Source: Camelus ferus (lineage: Eukaryota). From it: a stretch of 64,000 bases of DNA. A program made the position numbers and the translations under genes. Shown in pieces: positions 39,210 to 50,890 of the stretch. Each line of letters opens with the position of its first letter. Positions within the stretch are counted from its first letter, which is position 1. The stretch covers positions 22,570,001 to 22,634,000 of the forward strand of contig NC_045697.1 in assembly GCF_009834535.1 (NCBI RefSeq), read 5' to 3'. The notes under the pieces are model-generated. The model had not been told where the DNA came from and did no database searches. It saw only the letters and a program-made list of their open reading frames with translations.

Positions 39210-39850
39210 GCTGACCTCTACTCTAGTACCTATTACTAGATACTGCTTAGCAGATAGTTACAAAAAAGTACAATCTATTCCTTTGAAGTGAAGATAAGTT
39301 TTTAAATAAAGCTTCTCTTTGAAAGAAACAAATGTCATGGAGAGAATATTTTTGAAAACAAGTATTTGGAAATGTTTCTATCATTATATAATTTTCTTCC
39401 AGAAATGGCATCATCTGTAAAATCTTCTTTTGCCCAAGTAAAACTCTTAAAAAGAGATTCCTAGCTTGTTAAAAAATCTTTCAAATGTAGAGTATCATCG
39501 AGTTTTGAATGCACTTGATAAAAACATTAAAATGCAACAGAATCCAATTACAGTTGACACTTGAACAATGCAGAAGTTGGGGCACCAACCCTCTGTGCTG
39601 TAGAAAATCTGCATATAACTTCAGTGTGCCCTCTGTATCTGTGGTTCTGCATCCATAGATTCAGTCAACCTCAGACTGTATAATATCATAGTATGTACTT
39701 AGTAAGAAGACCTGTGCTCAAGTGGACCTGTGCAGTTCAAATCCATGTTGCTCAAGGGTCAGCTGCAGTATGAAAAATAACAGATGGACATCAAGGAAGT
39801 TAAAAGGTTACTAGCTGAAATTTAATTAGAATTTTCACATAATTGAAATG
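39210..39850 (+). mobile_element. hAT-Charlie transposase remnant, interrupted by a Tigger element
   Basis: tttgaaaacaagtatttggaaatgttt (FEN..LEMF-like) and atggacatcaaggaa...ttactagctgaa resemble the Charlie transposase C-terminus. Confidence 0.5.
39551..39765. mobile_element. Tigger2-derived element (second copy)
   Basis: TIRs cagttgacacttgaacaa / ttgctcaagggtcagctg; upstream TA; homologous to 22298-22518. Confidence 0.88.
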
Positions 39851-39864
39851 TAGAATAAAGAAAT

Positions 39865-40640
39865 TTGTGGCAACAACAGTACAAATAGATAAACTGAATT
39901 ACATCAAAATTAAGAAACATGAATCAAAGGACACATTCATCCTACAGAATGGGAGACTGTATTTGCAAACCGTATATCTGATAAGTGGTTAATATCCTGA
40001 ACACATAAAGAACTCCTACAGCTCAACAACAACAAAAACTGATTGAAAAATGGGCAAAAGGCTTGAATAGACATTTCTCTAAAGGAGACAGACATTCAAA
40101 GGAGGAACAAGAATCCGAAAAGAAGCTAGCATCTCTAATCATCAGGGAAATGAAAATTGAAACCTAGTGAGATGTCACCTTACAACGATCAGAATGGTTA
40201 TTTATCATCAAAAAGAAAATAAAAAGGATTAACAAGGATGTGGAGAACTAAATACCCTTGAGCATTTTTGGTCGGAATGTAAAATGGTAGAACTGATATG
40301 GAAATCAGTATGGCAGTTTCTCAAAAAATTAAAAATAGAATTACCATATGACCCAGTGGTTCTACTTCTGGAAATATACCCAAAAGAATTAAAATCAGGG
40401 TCTCAAAGAGATACTTGTATCTCCATGGTCATAGCAGCAGTATTCACAATACTCAAAAGATTGGAAATGAACCAAGTGTCCATCAATGGTTGGATGAGTA
40501 AACAAAGTGTGGTATAATATATACATGCAATGGAATATTATTCAGCCTCAAAAAGGATGCAAACTGTGACACATGCTACAGCGTGGATGATTCTTGAGGA
40601 TACATGCTAAGTGAAATAAACTGGTTGCAAAAAGAAAAAT
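39865..40640 (+). mobile_element. L1MB-like ORF2 C-terminal fragment
   Basis: Track ORF 40284-40517 [19 protein letters not shown] is the L1 ORF2 C-terminus. Confidence 0.9.
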
Positions 40641-40669
40641 ATTTATCAGAGTCCTGACCCCAGTTTTTA

Positions 40670-41720
40670 CTCAGTCCCTTGGTGATTTCATCTAGTCTTA
40701 CTACATTAAATTCAGCTTATACAATAATTCCCAAATGTGGATCTTCAGCCCAGAATATGCCCCTAAATTTCAGGCTTCTATAACCAATCGCTTGCTCAGC
40801 ATCTTCACTTACATACCTGATAGGCAGCTCAAACTTTCATTTCCAGGATCAAATACAAATTCTCTGCAGTCTTAACTTTTCTCAAAAAAGTATCTTCATC
40901 ATCTAATTGCTCAAATCCTTGGAGTCATTCTTTTTTGGACGTTTCTCTTTCTGTTTATCTCGCCCCATTCAATCTGCTAGAAAAGCTTTCTGGTTCTACC
41001 ATGGAAATATATCCAGAGTCTGTCCACTTCTCATTTTCCAGTGTGAAGATTAACACCCATAATGATCAAGTTATGTTCTAAGGTAGCTTTTGTTGGTGGC
41101 TTGGTATTTTGTACTTGGCTCAGAACTGATTTCCTGTTACTGCCTTCTGTGTGCCCTCTACAGTCAAGTCACCAACAGCCAGCTGGTTCTTTTAAAACGT
41201 TATCACATGCTGGTCACCTCTTTGGAATCCTTTGGTATGTCACTAGATCACACAGATTAAAAGCTTAAGTCCCTAGAATATGCTTCCAGCCCTTACCTGC
41301 TCACCTCTCCCCAAGAATCTGACATCATCTCCTGCAAATCCCTTACTTACTCCTTGTCAGTACACTGGCATCATTGCTGTTTTTTTGTCTGGAATCTTCC
41401 CCCAGAGCTCCTTGGCTTGTTCTCCCACCTCCTCCAGATCTGTGCTCAAATGTCTCTTTATAAATAGTGCCTTCCCTTACCAGTGTGCTTAAACTAGTAA
41501 CCTCACATGCATCCCTTTCTCTCCCTCCCCCTATTCTTTTTCTCCTTAGAACTTATTGCTACTTGACTTTTATCTCTGTTTTACCTTTTTCTCTGTCTCT
41601 ACCTCAAAATATACAAGTTTTGTCACAGTAGACAATTTTCCTGTGTTCACTGCTATATCTTTTGTGCCCAACATAGTTCTTTATGCATAGTAGCTTTCCA
41701 ATAACTACTTGTCAAATAGA
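40670..41720 (+). mobile_element. L2 LINE 3' portion
   Basis: ccttggagtcattctt...aaatatatccagagtctgtccacttctc...tgttcactgctatatct...caataactacttgtcaaat. Confidence 0.8.
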
Positions 41721-42669
41721 TTGGTAAAAGCATTGAAGTTGATGATATAAATGGTCTACTTCTTGATATACTAAAATACTTTATTCCTTTTTTTTCCTTT
41801 AGTAGTGTCTTGTCAAACAAGAAATTGTATATCATCACCTGCCTTGCTTAGTGTAGAAAAGTTGGATCAGTAGGAAGTGCTGAAGGCTTCTTTAACATGT
41901 AAAATTCTCTGTAACTGAAAAATTTTAATGCGAGCTAGGCTGATCATTGGAGAAGAAAATAGACAGCTAGGTATTATTTTTTGTTGTGAAGCATTATTTT
42001 CAAATGTAAAGACTGTCATCTTTTATAGTTGTAGTAACTTAATATTCACACATTTGAAGTTACGATGTTCAAAAATGTGTGTGTATTTTAATTTCAAGCT
42101 GCCTTTATCTCATTCTATACATAACATGCAGGCTGTTTCCAGGCAGATGATGTCAGAAGGCTAGAGATGTTGAAAAAGAAACAGAAAATATAAAATCTCT
42201 TTTGCAGATACTTTTGCTATTAGCTGAAGGTATTAGATATCCATAGCCATTGCTATGACCAAGGTATATGGTGCATTAAAAAAAAAATTCCTGGTCCTGA
42301 GTTACCATAGCAGTAACTGAATTTTCACAAACCAAGATATCTGACTTCCATGAACAGAAGTATGAATAGCAGATGGTTGTGAGGGAGCAAATTTTGGATG
42401 AATAGTAAGAAAAAACTTTTATATGACTTTCTAATTGAGGTTTTTGTCTGGATTGAATTGCAAAGTCATACCGTGATTTTATATAACTGGGTTTATTAGC
42501 ATATACACAGATGACATTTACAAAGATTATATATATAGTGATAAGAATAAGTACTTCTAAAACACACTTATATCTGAGTAGTGAGACTTTGTAACCATGA
42601 AGTCATTGGATTTCAAATTTCCTGAATGTTAGGGTCTTTATGCTAAAAATTACTGAAAGAATCCCCTCG

Positions 42670-42900
42670 CCTTTGAATCCAGGCAACATAGTGTCAAATC
42701 CTGAGTTTCTGCCACTACCTAAATGGCTTACTTTGGCCACTTTACTTAACCCTCTGAGTTTTGGTTTTGTCATCTAAAAACGGGGACAATAATATCCACA
42801 CCAGTGAGTTGTTAAGACATTTAAATAAAACAGTATGTCTAAAGTTCTTAGCACACTAACAAGCATAGACTAGGTACACAATAAAATCTAGCTATTTTTC
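42670..42900 (+). mobile_element. MIR SINE
   Basis: tctgccactacc...ttacttaaccctctgag...catctaaaaacggggacaataata. Confidence 0.8.
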
Positions 42901-44810
42901 ATCATAAATTAGGCAACAAATGTACAGGAAATAGAAGTCTCAATTGTGTAGATATATTCTCTTCACTTTTTAATGACTTTTAAAATTCTGTTTATTCAAC
43001 AAAAATGCATTAAAAGCACTGGCGAATATGATTTAGATATTTAATATCATTTTATTTTCTACATTTGCCTACATCTCCATCTATCACATGATCATTCTTT
43101 GTCCACAGCTTTGGTCTTCCTCGTGCCTGTCCCTTGCCTTCTGAATTCCCAGCTACCCAGATCCTCTGACTGTGTTCGAAGGTGTGGGTTGGGTCTCAGT
43201 CTGTCCAATTATCCTTTTCTGATGGTTGAGCTTCTCTTTTTTCCCTGCTCTTAGATATTCTCAGTCCTAAAAATGTCATCACTTTTTTTTTTTTTTTTTT
43301 TAGTTATAGTGGAAAATGTACTAGGTTTACAGTTGGAATGTGTGGATTCAATCTTAGCACTTATTTATGTAAGACTATCCAGATGAGGGTGAATTTTTTA
43401 CAGTGGTAATATTACCTCTCTAAATGTCTTTATGAGTATCTGTCAATTGAAAAGCACTAGTAAAAACAAAAATTATATTATTAATACAACTATTATTGTT
43501 TCTTACAAACTTGACAGTGCTAACATGTCAGGTTTCTGAACTCTTGTCACATTTTTATCATTACACAATTAAATATTTTAGCTTTATCAAAATATGAAGT
43601 ATATAAATAAAGAAGAAAATATTTTTTCTGATTTTCTTATGCAGAGAAAACTATTATTGATATTTTGCTGCATATTATTTTTCTATATATACACATGTAC
43701 ATCAATGCACATATATACTTTAAAAAATCAAAAATAATAATACATCTAGTGAACTGCATTTTAAATTATGTTCAACACAGATTAAGAGACCAAGTTGGAG
43801 ACTAAGAATAAATTAATAGACATTCATTGCCGATGAGTGGATGTGTGGTAAAATGCCCACAAACAGCACAGTGCTGTTAAGGGCTCAGATGCACCATCTC
43901 CATATGTTCATGAAAGCTCATTATTAATGAGTCTTGAAATGGTGTCAAGGTAAATGAAGTTTTCAGGTTGACTTCATGAGATTAGTCAGGGTGTGCACAT
44001 GCAAGCAGCATTCCACAAATCACATGTTAAAAGTCATATAACTTTATAGCATAAGTTTTCTTTAGAAGACACAAAGTTGACAATCACAGAGTTGAAAATG
44101 AACCCACTGGTTCAAAATTTCAAAAGAGATTCTTTAGTCTTTGTTATCTCTGAGGTAAACAGAACAGAGTGGTATTTGTAATCTCCTGATGATGGGGAAA
44201 GGCTGCATCTAATTGGGGATAAACCAACGTAGAACCATTCAGATGATTAACTCTAAAAAATATAAATAGCTCATCTTCAGAAACATACGTCTGTAACCTA
44301 GTGGGCACTCAAAAAACTGCCATAATATGATTAATAAAGCTTTAAATTTCTCTGCTTATATTCAATAAAGCTCTCTTATAATTCAAGATATTAAAGTAGT
44401 TAATTGTATTCTGGTGCAGGAATCCCTACTAGTGTCTTAATTCCTTTCTAAAAGGATATTTATTAAAGTGTAAATTCAGGTTATTGTTATAGTAGAGAAA
44501 AGACAATTTGGAATCTAGAGAAACTATAGCTGGGACACAGGCCACTGGATACTGACTATAGGAGTGGAAGGGAAGAGGCAGTCTGCCATGAGATAATCTT
44601 GGCAATATTTCAGCTTCCTTATTTTAAGGAGTAAGAAAATAAATAAGGGATTTAGATCTTAGACACCTATGTAAGGATAGGAAATGACTGTTTGTAAGGG
44701 ACATAAATGTTCAAATATATATACATATATATTCTTACATTTGTTTTACTATGTCTTTTTGAAATCAGTGTTTATCTGATTCTTACACTCAGTTTAGTTT
44801 CAGACGAAAA

Positions 44811-45265
44811 TGCACTTCTGTAGATTCCACATAGAAAAGAAACTGCATAATCTCACTTATTTTTGTGTCTGGCTTATTTCATTTAGACTAACGTCCGCCA
44901 GTCTCATTCATGTTGCTGAAAATGGCAAAATCTCCTTGAAGACAAAGAAGCAGACAGTAGAACTGGGGTGGGTACATCAGGCAGGTGGGAAAACATTGGT
45001 TAAAGGGTATAAAGTTGAAGTTTTATAAGATGAACAAGACTAGAGATCTAACATGCAGCATGATGACTGTAGTTAATACTGAATGGAATACTAAACGTGC
45101 TGAGTGTAGATATCTTGTAATTTCATCACACACACAGAATGGTAACCATGTGAGGATCTGATACGTTAACTGGCTTGACTAGTAATCATTTCACTAGGAA
45201 TATGTATAATAAATCATGTTGTATATCTTAAAAATATCCAATTTTATTAGAAATAGAAGAAAAAA
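44811..45265 (+). mobile_element. 5'-inverted L1MA-like 3' end
   Basis: 44811-44937 antisense and ~44938-45265 sense, from adjacent parts of an L1 3' end. Confidence 0.8.
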
Positions 45266-45794
45266 GTACAAACATATTTTTAAGTAATTTAGTGCATGAA
45301 AAAAAGAATGAGTAATCATTTTTACAGTTGATCTTTAAATCTTAACAACAGCAAGGACATCTCTCTGACTCCTGGATATTATTTTAAAACATATGAAATT
45401 AGACAAGAGGGAAAGAGAACTGACTGATACTTGCAATATACACATAATTACTATGAAACTGCTGAGTAAGCACAAGACCGTTCTCAACATCGCTAATTTC
45501 TTTCCCTATTAAACTTTTCCCGGACTAGAAACCGAATGATTATAGCCCTCACCAAGTTTCTTTTTATTTTCTTAAGTAATTCTACTTTAAATGTGTTCTC
45601 AAAGATGAGAAAACTGCATTATACTGGAAAGTGAATTAGATGTGAAATAATGACAGTGGGTTTTGTTTTTGTTTTTTAATCTTGGTTCTACTACCTGATA
45701 GAAAAAGTCAGAATGATACAAAATTATGACATACTAATCCTCCTTAGTACCATTTTAAAACTTGTTTAATATGTGTATTTCCAAGAATGCAGGA

Positions 45795-46590
45795 TTTTTA
45801 ATAGAGTTTTTTAGAGCAATTTAAGGTTTGCAACAAAATTGAGAAGGTACACATACATCTCCCATATACTCCTTGTGCTCACACATGCATCGCCTCCTCT
45901 GTCATCCACGTTATTCACCAAAATGGTATTTTCTTTTTTTCAGCCAGGGATAAATTGACATTGACAAATCGTAATCATCCAAAGTCCATAGTTTACAGTT
46001 CACTCTTGGAGTTGTACATTCTATGGGTTAGACAAAAGTGTAATGACATATAGCCATTATTATAATATCAAACAGTATTTTTCTACCCTAAAAACCCTCT
46101 GTGGTCCACCTATTCATCTCTTCCCCTTGCCTGCCCCTCTCCACCCTCACCCAGCCACTGATCTTTTTATTTTCCTAGTTTTATCTTTTCTAGAATGTCA
46201 CATGGTTTCAATCACACAGTATGTAGTCGTCTCAGCTTGGCTTCTTTCAATTAGTAACATTCATTGAAGGTTCTTCCATGTCTTTTTATGTCTTGATAGT
46301 TCATTGCTTAACACGGAATAATACCCCATTGTGTGGATTTTCCACATTTGATTTATATATTCATCTACTGAAGGACATCTTAATTGTTTCCAAGTTTTGA
46401 CAATTATGAATAAAGCTGCTGTCAACATGTGCATGTAGGTTTTTGTGTGGATGTAAGTTTTCAACTTCATGTGAGAAATAGCCAGAGGCAGGACTGCTGG
46501 ATCATATAGTAAGAGTATGTTTTGTTGTGTAAGAAACTGCCAAACTGTCTTCCAAAGTTGTAGTACCATTTTGCATTCCCACCTGCGTGT
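45795..46590 (-). mobile_element. L1MC1/2-like 3' end
   Basis: ttttagagcaatttaaggttt...aaaattgag...tcccatatactcc; ORF 46261-46611 is L1 ORF2 C-terminus-like. Confidence 0.88.
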
Positions 46591-47504
46591 ACAGAAATTA
46601 CAGTTAAGCATATTTAATGATAGGAATGTGTACCTAATTGATTTTATTTACTAGTTCACGTAATCTCTATTCAAGGGAAATAGCTTTTTAAGTTAAGTAT
46701 ATTTATGCTATTTAATAAACATTTTTCTCCAGATTCAAGTATGTTCTCTCAACTGCATTGACTTAGATACGTGGAAGAAACCAACTTCCTATAACCATAA
46801 TACTTTTCAAAGACCTCTCCTATTTTTAAATGTTTATACTTTTCTGCTTCCTTTAGGGTGATGTCAGATTTTTTTTAAATAGCAGCAAATATTATTTTTT
46901 GAATGTACATAGAGAAAATTGTGTTGATGCTACACAGCCTGCTTCTTGATAAGAACTTAATATTTGTATACATGTTAAATTTTCATAATGCAATACTTAT
47001 ACAGAAGTATGTAAAATAATTTTGTACTCTGAATTTCAATTTTATATAAAACTGGAGACTAATGTATATTCTGATATATTGTACATCATATAAAGATGAA
47101 TGTGAGTATGTACTGAGAGACTTGATTGGAAGAGTCCCAGTTCAACCACTAGTCATTTATTTTTACCTTGAATAATCATTTATAACCTCTATTTTTTTCC
47201 CCATGTTGTAGAGGAAGAGCAGACTTTCTGCTTTAACTAATCTAAGGAAATCAATTAGGTTCAAATACAAAAATACATTGTCTGATACTCATCTGTACAG
47301 TAGATGTACACAGTAGCACCATAGCACTCTAGTGATGTAGGATTTCCATAGCACTATATAGGTGTAAGATTTACAATTTATTATCTTTGTAAAATGTTAT
47401 TGCCTTTTATAATATGGTTATTAATTTTGTGAAGTAGTATTAAGCACTTTTTAATATTTACCTTTAATTTATTAAGAAAATAGTAGATCTAATACTTAAA
47501 AGTA

Positions 47505-47710
47505 ATAACAACTACTATTTATAGAGTATTTATTAAGTATTAAGCCCTGTGCTAAATGTTTCATGTATCAGTATGTCACTGAAACATCAAATAACTCTAT
47601 GTGCTAGACATTTCATTTTACAGAAGAAACTGAGTTTCAAGGTTAAAATGACAGCTGCTTTATGTCAGAGACAGGATATTATTGACACCTAAATCTGTCT
47701 GGCACATCTT
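47505..47710 (-). mobile_element. MIR fragment
   Basis: cattttacagaagaaactgagtttcaaggttaa. Confidence 0.65.
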
Positions 47711-47744
47711 GGTTTAAAAAAAAAAAAATCAGTGAAAGCCATTG

Positions 47745-47900
47745 GGAAGTGGTTAATAATTGAGTTTCTAGAGTGGAACACAACTAGATTTGAGTCTTTC
47801 TCTGCTATACAAGGTATGTGACCTTGGGTGAGTTTGCACACACGCACATGTAAGTGTTCAAAGATGGTAGATATTTTCATCATCCTTCCAAAGATTGATT
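47745..47900 (+). mobile_element. MIR fragment
   Basis: gtggttaa...ctagatttgagtc...tgtgaccttgggtgagtt. Confidence 0.55.
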
Positions 47901-48724
47901 CATTTATCTTATCAATTTTATTTATTTATTTATTTAATAGAACTGTTTCTAAATTTTATGGATAAATTTAGGTAAGAAGAAATTCTGACATTTTGGATTC
48001 ATTTTATTCTTGCTTCTCCTGCTGCCAGTGGAAAATAGAGAAGTCCATCCAAGTCTTCTGAAATATAATCTGTCCAGTTTGATTCTGTTGAGAATCTACC
48101 ATTAAGTGCAAATATATGTATGTAATTTCTGTTGGTTGTGGATATTCCTCATCTCCTAAACTGCACTAAGAAAAGCCCTGTGACTCTGACAAATTGCCTA
48201 GCATTCTGTTTAGGGCTCATTTATACCTAAATAGTATAAGGAGAGAATATTTTTTGTGATCTTTTCTAAGTCCAAAAGAGACCACCAACAATGAAAAGTC
48301 CACATTTAAGAAAAGGGGCTTTGCATTATATTTTTTTTATGACACTTAAACTCTAAGTGAGCATCCTTAAAATAGGCATTTAAAACAATTCCTGAGCTGA
48401 TTGTAATGGAGACAATAGATCTGAATGGATGACAGTATAAGCTTAAGAGACAAAGACCAAAATATACAAGATATATAGAATTAAAGATGTAGTCTATTTG
48501 GGGAATAGTAGGTTTTTTAGTTTAAAATTGATGTATTTTAACATAAAGTTGGAATTAAATTAGGAAAAGTCTGGAACTCTAAAGAATATAAAATTTTCCA
48601 TTAGCAACTGAATAAAAAGAAACACACCTTCTCGGTTGCTAATTTTAATGATATGATAATGAAGAACACAAGGATGAAATTGGCAGGAAATAGAGAGTAG
48701 GGGTAGGCAATGAGTATTACTTGG

Positions 48725-49929
48725 TAATCGTCAGGGAAATGTGAATCAAACTACAATGAAACATCCCCTCATACCTATCAGAATGGTGATTATCAAAAAG
48801 GCAAAAAAAAAAAAAAATGTGTTAGTGAACCCTTGTGCTTTGTTGGTGGGGATGTAAACTGGTACAGCCACTATGGAAAACAGTAAGAAAATTCCTCAAA
48901 AAAACCAAAAAAAAACAAAAACAGAACTAGAACTACCACTGAATCCAGCAATTCCCCTTCAAGGTATTTATCCAAAGAAAATTAAACTAATTAGAGGAGA
49001 TATCTGAAATGCTGGAGAGGGTGTGGAGAAAAGGGAACCCTCCTATACTGTTGGTGGGAATGCAGTTTGGTGCAGCTATTATGGAAAACAGTGTGGAAAT
49101 TCCTCAAAAAACTAAAAATAGGCTTATCATATGATCCAGCAATCCCACTTCTGGGCATATATCTGGAGGGAACTCTAATTCAAAAAGATAAGTGCACCTC
49201 AATGTTTATAGCAGCACTATATACAATAGCCAAGACATGGAAACAACCTAAATGTCCACTCACAGATGACTAGATAAAGAAGTTGTGATATATTTATATA
49301 ATGGAATACTACTCAGCCATAAAAAAGAATAATGCCATTTGCAGCAACATGGGTGGACCTAGAGATCATCATTCTAAGTGAAGTAAGCCAGAAAATGAAA
49401 AGTACCACATGATATCACTCATATGTGAAATCTAAAAGAAGAAAAATAAAGGATAGTAATGAACTCATCTACAAAACAGAAACAGACTTGCAGACATAGT
49501 AAACAATCTTATGGTTACTGAGAGAAGGGGGTGGGAAAGGATAAATTTGGGAGTTTGAGATTAGCAAATATTAGCCACTATATATTAAAACACATAAAAA
49601 AATTTCTTCTGTACAGCCCAGGGAACTATATTCAACATCTTGTAATAACCTTTAATGAAAAAGAATATGAAAACGAATATATGTGTGCATGTGCATGACT
49701 GGGACATTGTGCTGTACACCAGAAATTGACACATTGTAACTGACTATACTTCAGTTTAAAAAAAAAGAAAAAAAAAAAGGTTAGCTAAACATGGGGAAAA
49801 AAAATTAAAGATATCTGTAGCCGCATGGTCACTGCAACATTATTTACAATAGCCAAGGTATGCAAACAACGTAAGTGTCCATCAATAGATAAATGGATAA
49901 GGAAAATGTGATACACACACACACACACT

Positions 49930-49965
<36 letters not shown>

Positions 49966-50452
49966 ATGGAATATTATTCAGCCATAAAAAGTGTGATCTT
50001 GCCATTTGAAACAACATGGATGGCCCTTGAGGGCATTATGCTAAGTGCAATAAATCAGAGGAAGACAAATACTATATAAACTCATTTACATGTGGAATCT
50101 TTAAAACATATAAGCAACAACAACAACAAAAATCCCCAAAGAAACAAAACAAACATATTGACAGATACAGAGAAGAAAATTGTAGTTGCTAGAGAGAAGG
50201 GGAGGTTGGGAGACAGGGCAAAATAAGTAAAGGGAACTAAAAGGTACAAACTTCCAGTTGAGAAATAAGTCATGGGGATGTAATGTGCAGCACAGGGAAT
50301 ATCACCAATATTGTAATAGCTCTGTATGGCAACAAATGGTAACTAGACTTATTGTGGAGAACATTTCAAAAAGTGTATAAATGGGGAATTACTACCACGT
50401 ATACCTGAAACTAATATGATATTGTATGTCAATTTTACTTTAATTAAAAGTA
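48725..50452 (+). mobile_element. L1MA9-like 3' region hosting a younger L1
   Basis: ORF2 end 48725-49006, resumes at 49809; 3'UTR ends tatgtcaattttactttaattaaaa; internal (CA)n 49913-49965. Confidence 0.88.
49007..49778 (+). mobile_element. Young 5'-truncated L1 (probably camelid lineage)
   Basis: ORF2 C-terminus ([27 protein letters not shown]), 3'UTR ...gaaattgacacattgtaactgactatacttca and poly(A); TSD agatatctg at 48998-49006 and 49809-49817. Confidence 0.92.
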
Positions 50453-50657
50453 AATACAATTATAATCCCACAGAAAAGAAAAGTGAGCTTATTAAAATTT
50501 AACAGGAATTCCAAAGACATAATGTTAATTGCATCTGTCTTAAGTAATAGGAAGAAAAAGATTAAACTTTTCTTTAGTCTCCAAATACCATCAACCAACT
50601 TTAATTTTTTTCATTTGAAAAATGAAAGTCAACTATATCTTCCCCATGGTTAGGGGC

Positions 50658-50683
50658 GTGTGTGTGTGTGTGTGTGTGTGTGT
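50658..50683. repeat. (GT)n microsatellite
   Basis: Seen directly. Confidence 0.92.
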
Positions 50684-50749
50684 ATAAAACACATGTACAT
50701 ACACGTAGAAACATGCTCCTCTCTAATTTTTGCTATGGTTCTACCTTCA

Positions 50750-50890
50750 ACATATTTATTCAACAATATGTTTTTTTGCACTGAGTGCCTGCATATCCAG
50801 GCACTGTATTAGGCATTTGGCAGACATTGGTAAATAAATAGAAAAAGATACCTTCCTGCACTTTTGCAGTGGGAGGCAAAAATAACTGAT
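50750..50890 (-). mobile_element. L2 3' end fragment
   Basis: tttattcaacaata...actgagtgcct...ccaggcactgtattaggca. Confidence 0.6.

Noticed and set aside
47505..47900. Oppositely oriented MIR pair as a dsRNA source
   Set aside because: Copies are too diverged for a stable duplex, and the arrangement is common
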